A stretch of DNA of 13,657 nucleotides from Candidatus Eiseniibacteriota bacterium (GTDB lineage Bacteria; ARS69). The notes under the pieces are model-generated. The model saw only the letters and a program-made list of their open reading frames with translations, ran no database searches and was not told the DNA's origin. Location: contig JBQTGV010000192.1 of NCBI GenBank assembly GCA_052390515.1, positions 1-13,657 on the forward strand, in the 5' to 3' direction. Position 1 is the first letter of the stretch. Each line of letters starts with the position of its first letter. The position numbers and the translations under genes are program-made. This document shows positions 7,357 to 13,657 of the stretch, piece by piece.

Positions 7357-8108
7357 GGCATCATCACCGCGCCGCCAAGCGCAAGATCCTCGTCGTGGAA
7401 CCGCGCGATGAGACCTGTGAAGTAGTCGTTCCCCTCACCCGGCCAGGTCACCGTGCCGAGAACCTGGACGATCCACCCGATGCGTGCAGGCGCTTCACCC
7501 GTGAGATCACCGGCACGTCTTGGAACGGCACTCCACGACACCCAGCGCGGTCGCAACACGATCTGCCCTGCCTTCGCCGGATCGCCTATGTGGGACCAGT
7601 AGCTGCCCAGGACCTGCGGGATGCTCGACCTGAGCGACAAGGTGTCAAGGCGGTGGTAGCTCCACCCGAACTCGCGGGCCTGCTCCTCGGGATCCCGTGC
7701 CGCAATCCCTGGCTTGACCCACTCCGCCTTCGGACTCGTGAACGCGAGGATCAGGCGTCCGTCCGTCGCGTCGATCACGACGTGCAGGGTGGCGTACCAC
7801 GTCGCCGCGCCGCGAAGGGGCTCCACGCAGACGGACGGTGCAGTCGCGAGCCACGCGCCGCGCTCCTTCGACTCCCCGAACGGATGGCGATCGGACACCG
7901 TGGCCAAAGTGAGAGTCATGTCGGAGCTGCCCAGCAGCCCCAGGTGCTCCGTCGCGAGGAGCCGTGCTTCCAGCGAATCGATCTCGGTCGGGCCAGCCAA
8001 GGGCTCCCAGGAGACTGGACTGTCCGCGGGGATCTGGGCGAATGCCGAGTGCGCGGGAGCGCTCACGGACCAAACAGCAAGCAGGATTGCCGCGCGAGTG
8101 CTGCTCAT
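7353..8108 (-). CDS. Hypothetical secreted protein (about 251 aa), possibly PepSY-like
   Basis: From ATG 8108: MSSTRAAILLAVWSVSAPAHSAFA|QIP resembles a Sec signal peptide; internal VVIDATDGRLI resembles the PepSY VDAxTGxIL motif. The track's extension to 8420 is Arg/Pro-rich and probably not translated. Confidence 0.62.
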   Translation of the reverse strand: MSSTRAAILLAVWSVSAPAHSAFAQIPADSPVSWEPLAGPTEIDSLEARLLATEHLGLLGSSDMTLTLATVSDRHPFGESKERGAWLATAPSVCVEPLRGAATWYATLHVVIDATDGRLILAFTSPKAEWVKPGIAARDPEEQAREFGWSYHRLDTLSLRSSIPQVLGSYWSHIGDPAKAGQIVLRPRWVSWSAVPRRAGDLTGEAPARIGWIVQVLGTVTWPGEGNDYFTGLIARFHDEDLALGGAVMMP

Positions 8109-8702
8109 CGGAGTCGCCGGTTTCTGTCCGCCCACCATAGCCCGCCATTGGGATCTCCGCTCGGGGACTCGGCGAGGTCGCCGGGCTCGCGGCCGGGCAT
8201 GTGCGGCTGGGCCGGACGCGGGGAGGAAGGGAGGGAAGGGAAGTGACCGCCGCACGCGCCTCGCCAAGACTCGCCGCGAGGCGATGCACCGTGAGATCGG
8301 CGAGGCGGGGGCCGAGTCCCCGGGGCGGCCGGCGCTCTCCGGCTTGGCGAGCGCCCCGAGGCAACGGGTCCGCCTGCCCCCGCCCGCGATCGCCCGCCAC
8401 AACGCCTCTCTCGCTGCCACAGGGGCCCTTCTGGGCCGATCACTAGGCGCCTGTCTGGTAGTCTAGAACCACCCCCGGCCTCCGTCCATCCTTAGCTCCC
8501 CGCTCCTTGAACTGAACCGACGGCCCGTGGGACGGTCCGCCTCCCGGGCTCTGGCCGGAGACCTGCCGTCCCCCATCTGCATCGACACCGGGCGCGAGGC
8601 CCGTGTCCCGGCCGGAAGCCCGGAGGCCCTTCCGATTTCGCTTCATCTCAGCCCCCCACCAGAGCGTGCATGGTCCTCCCCCTCAACCCAGGGAGGAATC
8701 CC

Positions 8703-9014
8703 ATGCGCTTCCGAACCCACGACCGCTTCTGGGGCGTCGTCAACCCGACCCCCAACTCGATCCTTTCCGACGTCGTCTTCGAGTCCAGCCTTGCCGGACT
8801 CAAGCTCCAGTTCGACGGCGGCCTCTCACTCGACGCCGAGCCCACCCTCTACGACACCGAAGAAGCGGCACGCCGCGACGCCACCGCACGGCTCCTCGCA
8901 GCCAAGCTCGCCCGCGGCATCGCCGCCACACCACACGACCTCTCCCACGTCCGGAAGGCCCAGCTCTTCGACCGCGAGGGACGCCTCCAGGCCGAGATCG
9001 AGGTGTCCTCATGA
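8703..9014 (+). CDS. Hypothetical protein (103 aa) coupled to the XerC-like gene
   Basis: GGGAGGAA RBS at 8691-8698, ATG 8703, strong GC3 codon bias, ATGA overlap with the next gene. No family recognised. Confidence 0.75.
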   Translation: MRFRTHDRFWGVVNPTPNSILSDVVFESSLAGLKLQFDGGLSLDAEPTLYDTEEAARRDATARLLAAKLARGIAATPHDLSHVRKAQLFDREGRLQAEIEVSS

Positions 9015-9896
9015 GGCTCGCCACCGCCGCCCGCCGCTTCCTCACCCAGCTCGAGGCCGACGGGGAAGAGCCCGCTGACGCTGCGCGTGTACCGCGGGGA
9101 GCTGGACCGCTTCCTGCGCTTCGCAGGCGGCCGGAGCCACGCCGAGAGTTGTCCGACCCGAGGCCATCGCCAACTACCTGACGTCGCCGGCTACTCGCGT
9201 TTCGCCGGATGGAACCGCGCGTTCCACGAGAACCGTGAACCGCACGAGGACGGTGCTCCGGCTCTTCTTCGGCTACCTCGTGGAGCGGGGAACGCTCCGG
9301 CACTCGCCGGCGAGGCTGCTGCGGAACGGGAGGACGGGACCGTCCGGTGCCGACCGTGCTCAGCAAGAACGAGGAACGCAGGCTGCTGCGCGCGCTGGAT
9401 GTTGCGGCAGAGGAGAGCGACGTCGGCCGCCGTGACCGCGTGCTGTTCACTCTGCTGCTCAAAGTCAGGGATGAGGCTCGCCGCGGCGCTGGCACTCGAC
9501 GTCGCGGACCTCAATCTCGGCGAGGGCAGCGCGGTCAGCCACGGGAAGCATGCGCGCGTGCAGACCGTGTACTTCCCCAAGGGCGTCGTTCTCCTGCTGC
9601 GGCGACACTTTCGGGACGAGGGCGCCCGCACGTCCGGCGCCGTCTTCCGGAGTTCACGGGGCTGCCAGCTCTCAGCGAGGCAGGCGCAGTACCGGTTTGG
9701 GGCCGCGGTGGAGCTCGCGGGAATCGATCGGCCGGTCACCGTCCACGCGCTTCGGCACACATTCGCCACGAGGTTGAGAGAGGAGACCGGCGACTTGCGA
9801 GTGGTTCAGGCCGCGCTCGGACACCGACAGCTTGGCACCACGGAAGTCTACGCGCTCGTCGCGGACTCGGACGTCCGGCGCGCGATCGTGGGATAA
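9011..9896 (+). pseudogene. XerC/XerD-like tyrosine recombinase with four apparent +1 frameshifts (pseudogene or sequence error)
   Basis: Stitching frames gives MRLATAARRFLTQLEADG-KSPLTLRVYRGELDRF...TVNRTRTVLRLFFGYLVERG...SPA...VPTVLSKNEERRLL...RDRVLFTLLLK-SGMRLAAALAL...HGKH...HALRHTFAT...LGHRQLGTTEVY (about 293 aa). Extra bases near 9062-9065, 9144-9150, 9336-9338 and 9461-9463. Confidence 0.85.
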
Positions 9897-11020
9897 AGCT
9901 CGACGGCATCCACCAACGCCACGGCAGGGGCGGGCGGCTGGTCCGGCTCCAGCAGCCGAATCGCCGACTCCTTCGCCGCCGGACTCAGGTGCATGTACCT
10001 CTGCGTGGTGATCAGCTCCGAGTGCCCGGCCAGCTCTTGAACCGCCTTCGCAGGCGCACCCCGCATCGCCAAGTGCGAGCAGAACGTGTGCCTCAGCGCG
10101 TGCACGCCCAGGTGATCGAGGTTGGCGAGCCGCTCGGCCCGCTCCACTTGCCGTTGCACGTCATGCTGGTTCAGAAAACGGCCCGTGCGGTGACACAGCA
10201 CCCGCCTGCTCCGCAGGTGACGGTGCGCGGCAAGCGCCGCCGCCAGCCGCGTCGTCATGGGGATGATCCGCGGCTTCCCGCTCTTCGGCGTCGAGACGTG
10301 CCGGTTCCAGACGGAACGGGCCACGCGTAGCTGGCGGCGCTCCTGATCGATGTCGGTCCACTCCAGCCCGATCATCTCGCCGCAGCGGAGCCCGGCCTCG
10401 CCGCCGAGCAGCACGATCACGTAGGCCCGAGGGTCAACGCGTCTCGCGGCGGCCACCAGCCGCTCGTACTCGTGGAAGTCGTGGAAGCGCATCTCGGGGT
10501 GCACGCGCTTCAGCAGCTTGATCGTGCACGGCATCTTCTCGATGACACCCCACTCTATCGCCACCTTGAGCAGCTTCGAGAGCACGCAGAGAATGTTGTT
10601 CACGGTCGCGGGCTGGGCCTTTGCGAGCTTCATCTTGATCCCTTGCACGTCCTCGTTGCCGATCTCTTCGAGTCGCTTCCTGCCGAGCAGCGGGATCAGG
10701 TGGTTGCGGAGGACGCTCTGCTTGCTCGAGATGCCGCTCGGTTTGAGACGGTTGGCTCGCGCGTAGCCGTCGATGAAGCGCGGCGCGAACTCGGCGAGCG
10801 TCGGCACGTCCGGCGCCTCCGGCTCGGGCGCCGCCTCCAGAGCGTCCGAGGCCACAGCCCGGAGCAGGAGTTCTCGCTGCAGGGCCTCCCCCCAACGCAA
10901 AGCCGCGGAGCGGGTGCGGCCCGGCGCGACGCGTCGCTCGCGCACACGCGTTCCGTCAGGGAGGTAGAAGTGGATGTCCACTTCGAACTTCCCGCGGAAG
11001 GGTCGGACCTTGAGACTCAC
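9848..11020 (-). CDS. int: Phage-type tyrosine integrase (390 aa)
   Basis: N-terminal arm-binding-like region, core-binding region (LRNHLIPLLGRKRLEEI..DVQ, PATVNNIL) and catalytic motifs AGLRCGE, TPKSG, HALRHTFCS, LAGH, TQRY. Confidence 0.95.
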   Translation of the reverse strand: MSLKVRPFRGKFEVDIHFYLPDGTRVRERRVAPGRTRSAALRWGEALQRELLLRAVASDALEAAPEPEAPDVPTLAEFAPRFIDGYARANRLKPSGISSKQSVLRNHLIPLLGRKRLEEIGNEDVQGIKMKLAKAQPATVNNILCVLSKLLKVAIEWGVIEKMPCTIKLLKRVHPEMRFHDFHEYERLVAAARRVDPRAYVIVLLGGEAGLRCGEMIGLEWTDIDQERRQLRVARSVWNRHVSTPKSGKPRIIPMTTRLAAALAAHRHLRSRRVLCHRTGRFLNQHDVQRQVERAERLANLDHLGVHALRHTFCSHLAMRGAPAKAVQELAGHSELITTQRYMHLSPAAKESAIRLLEPDQPPAPAVALVDAVELYPTIARRTSESATSA

Positions 11021-11217
11021 GTGCGTCCCCCAGCTTCGCCGAGGCCGAGCCAGTCCAAGACGTCGTCTCTCCGGAGCAGCAGGCGGCGCCCAATCCTCAC
11101 GACACCGGGGAGTTGCGCGCGCTCAGCCATCGCGTAGATCGCCTTGGGCGAGGTGCGCAGGAGCCGCGCCGCGTCCTTCGCGGTCAGGAGGGGCGGGAAG
11201 GCTTCAGCCTCGGACAT
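11017..11217 (-). CDS. Excisionase-like helix-turn-helix protein (HTH_17 type, 66 aa)
   Basis: MSEAEAFPPLLTAKDAARLLRTSPKAIYAMAERAQLPGVVRIGRRLLLRRDDVLDWL; GGAGG upstream of ATG 11217; GTGA overlap with int. Confidence 0.87.
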   Translation of the reverse strand: MSEAEAFPPLLTAKDAARLLRTSPKAIYAMAERAQLPGVVRIGRRLLLRRDDVLDWLGLGEAGGRT

Positions 11218-11523
11218 GCCGGGCCTCCGCCACGCCGCCTTCCGCTCGGGCTCCGTTGCGCCACCCGCCGCCAACCATCACCGCTCGGCCCAGCCCCCCA
11301 ATCAAGCGAGGAGGAGTCACCGGCGCGACTTCTTGGCCACGCTGTTGCGGCACGCTTCGCCTCTGTGGCTCACAGGTAGGGGAGGTGGGCCCGCGGCCCG
11401 GTTCCATGCGAGCACGGCCCATCGACGAAGTAGTGCTAGGGTCCCTCGGTTCGCCAGAAGTCCCCCCGGCCGCTTTCGAGGACGCCGGTCCTCCACACCT
11501 GTCACTCGCAAGGAGAGCCGCTG

Positions 11524-12345
11524 ATGGAGCGACAGTATGTCGGCGCAGTCGACGACGAGGAGAGGGCGCTTCTCCTTCGAGTGGCCCGCTGCAAGGACGA
11601 GATTCTCCGCATGACGCCGGGGTTTCTGGAAGACGCGGCGAAGGCACGCTCGCGGTTGAAGCCGTTCTCGCCTGACGTGCTCTTGCGTCGCGACCGCTTG
11701 CCCGCCAAAGAGGCTCGTGCGGCGGAGAAGCTCCTGATGCACAACACGAGGGTCGCGCAGAGATTCGCCGCGAAGTGGGACCTTCCTTACTACCCTGGAC
11801 TCTGGGTAACCGACCCCTCGTACCTCTTCGAGTACCCGTTCTCGAGGTCGCCGTGGATCGAGGGCACGGCTGCCGCGGTTTACGAGCCGGTCGGGCGTCG
11901 GCCTCCGATCGTCTTCCTGGAAGTGGACCTTCGCTATCCCATCGCGACCGTGATGAAGGTGATTCGTGAGCGACTTGAACGAGGTCAGGAGGAGTGGGCC
12001 GCAGCAGGAGGAGTCGTTTGGCCAAAGCTCCGGGATGAGGCCAGGAAGTACGAGAACATGCTGCGCGCCCGCGAGTGGAAGAGTAGGAAGACCAACCGGG
12101 AGATCGCCAGGGAGCTGAGCATCTCAGTCCGCCACGTTCCGGCTCTTCGCCAGGCACTGAAACGCGTGATCGCGACCGAGGGGTACAGGAAGATCGCTCC
12201 CTATCTCCTTCCGGAGTTCGTTGAAGAGCGCACAGCCTCCTACGTCGGACTCCCAAAGTATCTCTCCGAGTCGGTCGCCCTCGCGAACGCCAAGACACCG
12301 GGGAAACGTAGGAGACGCCGCGGCACGCAGGGAGATGGGAAGTGA
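11524..12345 (+). CDS. Hypothetical protein with C-terminal helix-turn-helix, probable element regulator (273 aa)
   Basis: AAGGAGAG RBS upstream; KTNREIARELSISVRHV resembles a sigma-region-4/LuxR-type HTH; divergent from xis-int and upstream of the primase. Confidence 0.68.
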   Translation: MERQYVGAVDDEERALLLRVARCKDEILRMTPGFLEDAAKARSRLKPFSPDVLLRRDRLPAKEARAAEKLLMHNTRVAQRFAAKWDLPYYPGLWVTDPSYLFEYPFSRSPWIEGTAAAVYEPVGRRPPIVFLEVDLRYPIATVMKVIRERLERGQEEWAAAGGVVWPKLRDEARKYENMLRAREWKSRKTNREIARELSISVRHVPALRQALKRVIATEGYRKIAPYLLPEFVEERTASYVGLPKYLSESVALANAKTPGKRRRRRGTQGDGK

Positions 12346-12594
12346 CAGGGCAGGTCGTTTCACACCCCTGCGAATCCACATGCCGAGCGGTTTCACATCT
12401 CCCCGGCTCTCAGCCCCTCCCGTTACCGTGGGCCGCAAGGCAGATGAGGGCACGGCGGGGCCCTCGAAGCTCCGACGGGGCGACATCGCAACCCTCCGCT
12501 CGCCGACCGATGGAGGCGTTTCGTTCTTGGACGGTTCGACGCTCGCGAAGCCCAGGGCTGAGGGTGTCACCCCTACTCACGTCGGGGTGGCGCA

Positions 12595-13657
12595 ATGAGC
12601 GCGGCTCTGCTGGAGGCGATCCGACCCCACCTCCGCGAGATGAGGAGTGCCCCGGACGGCCGGCTGATCTGCTGGTGCCCCTTCCACGCCGATGGCGAGG
12701 GTGCCCCTCCCCACACGCCGAACCTCTACGTCTCGGAGAGGGGGTTCATCTGCCACGCTTGCGGCGAGAAGGGCAGCCTGCGAGGTCTCGCAGAGCACCT
12801 CGGCGTCGAGCTACCGCCGCGCGAGGAGCGACTCGATGCGGTCTACGACTATCTCGACGAGAAGGGCGCGCTCCTCTTCCAGGTGGTGCGGAAGCCCGGG
12901 AAGAGGTTCAGGCAGCGCCAGACGGACGGTCAGGGCCAGTGGCTCTGGAACCTCAAGGGCGTTCGCCGTGTCCTCTACCTGCTTCCTGACCTGCTCGCCC
13001 GTCCCGACGAGCCCGTCTACGTCGTCGAGGGCGAGAAGGACGCCGACCGACTCGCCGCTCTCGGCCTCGTGGCCACGACCAACTCCGGCGGCGCCGGCAA
13101 GTGGAGGACGGAGTACTCACACACCCTGGAGGGCCGCGACGTCGTCATCCTCCCCGACAACGACGAGCCGGGACGAAAGCACGGCGACACGGTCGCCACG
13201 TCTCTTCGTGGCGTCGCCCGCTCCATCAAGGTAGTCGAGCTACCCGGTCTCCCCGCTAAAGGCGATGTCTCGGACTGGTTGAACTCCGGTCATACGAGGG
13301 AAGAGCTCCTGCAGCGCGTCGCCGAAGGCGCTGGATGGACGCCGCCCGAAGGCGAAGAGCCCGACACCTCGGAGTCCGACGACAACAGGGAACGAGACTC
13401 CGTGGCGAAGCAGCTCGTGTCGCTCTTCCTCGCTTCGGGGGCGGAGCTCTTCCGGGACGAGCGCGGCGAACCCTACGCACGCATCGAGACGCAGGAAGGC
13501 AAACGAATCCTGCCGGTTGGCTCGAAGCAGCTCCGACTCAAGCTCTTCCACCTCGCTTGGGCCGAGATGGACAAGGCGCTTACCGGCGAGGTGGTGCGTA
13601 CCGCGGCAAACATCCTCGACAGCATCGCGCGGTTCGAGGCCCCGCAGCACACGCTCC
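12595..13657 (+). CDS. DNA primase (CHC2 zinc finger + TOPRIM), probably fused to a helicase; runs off the right edge
   Basis: Absent from the ORF track (no stop). From ATG 12595: MSAALLEAIRPHLREMRSAPDGRLICWCPFHADG...FICHACGEKG (Zn finger), YDYLDEKGALLFQVVR, VYVVEGEKDAD, ILPDNDEPG (TOPRIM E and DxD), KGDVSDW, acidic linker, then ELFRDERGEPYARI... starting a further domain. Confidence 0.92.
   Translation, partial: MSAALLEAIRPHLREMRSAPDGRLICWCPFHADGEGAPPHTPNLYVSERGFICHACGEKGSLRGLAEHLGVELPPREERLDAVYDYLDEKGALLFQVVRKPGKRFRQRQTDGQGQWLWNLKGVRRVLYLLPDLLARPDEPVYVVEGEKDADRLAALGLVATTNSGGAGKWRTEYSHTLEGRDVVILPDNDEPGRKHGDTVATSLRGVARSIKVVELPGLPAKGDVSDWLNSGHTREELLQRVAEGAGWTPPEGEEPDTSESDDNRERDSVAKQLVSLFLASGAELFRDERGEPYARIETQEGKRILPVGSKQLRLKLFHLAWAEMDKALTGEVVRTAANILDSIARFEAPQHTL

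Larger units (their letters stand above)
3075..13657. mobile_element. tRNA-fMet-anchored integrated element (phage-satellite or defective-prophage-like, probably composite); right end outside the window
   Basis: Follows a tRNA 3' end and contains integrase + excisionase, HTH protein, primase, TerL, a second tyrosine recombinase and gene remnants. No second att copy and no capsid/portal/tail genes seen in the window. Confidence 0.75.

Noticed and set aside
5764-7425. ORFs 5764-7005, 5924-7162 and 7006-7425
   Set aside because: Antisense or alternate-frame shadows of terL.
8584-8607. Hairpin GACAC-C-GGGC/GCCC-GTGTC upstream of the 103-aa gene as a recombination site
   Set aside because: Short GC-rich stem with no partner copy found in the window.
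9011-9896. Integron integrase or the host chromosomal xerC/xerD
   Set aside because: No IntI-specific insertion before HxxR and no recognisable attC array; it lies inside a mobile island coupled to an unknown gene, so no gene symbol was given.
9087-10330. ORFs 9087-9896, 9235-9435 and 9347-10330 as separate genes
   Set aside because: They are frame pieces of one frameshifted recombinase; the tail of 9347-10330 is antisense to int.
12342-13650. Track ORFs overlapping the primase (12342-12989, 12692-13234, 13240-13650 and others)
   Set aside because: Off-frame or antisense to the motif-rich primase frame starting at 12595.

Overview
GC-rich bacterial window. Positions 1-3074 look like host backbone: the 5' end of a TolC-like outer-membrane protein gene, a GT-C-type polytopic membrane protein, an FHA+DUF4388 protein and an initiator tRNA-Met with its own promoter and terminator. 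From the tRNA to the window end lies an integrated phage-satellite/defective-prophage-like island: excisionase, tyrosine integrase, an HTH protein and a CHC2-TOPRIM primase running off the right edge. About 6.7 kb separates the integrase from the tRNA. That block holds a small ORF plus a C39/papain-like cysteine peptidase, a lone large terminase (TerL), a secreted protein in the usual TerS position and a frameshifted XerC-like recombinase. The most unusual feature is that terL is followed by two more orphan, diverged copies of its 3' end with different tails. All calls come from reading motifs by eye; no database searches were run.
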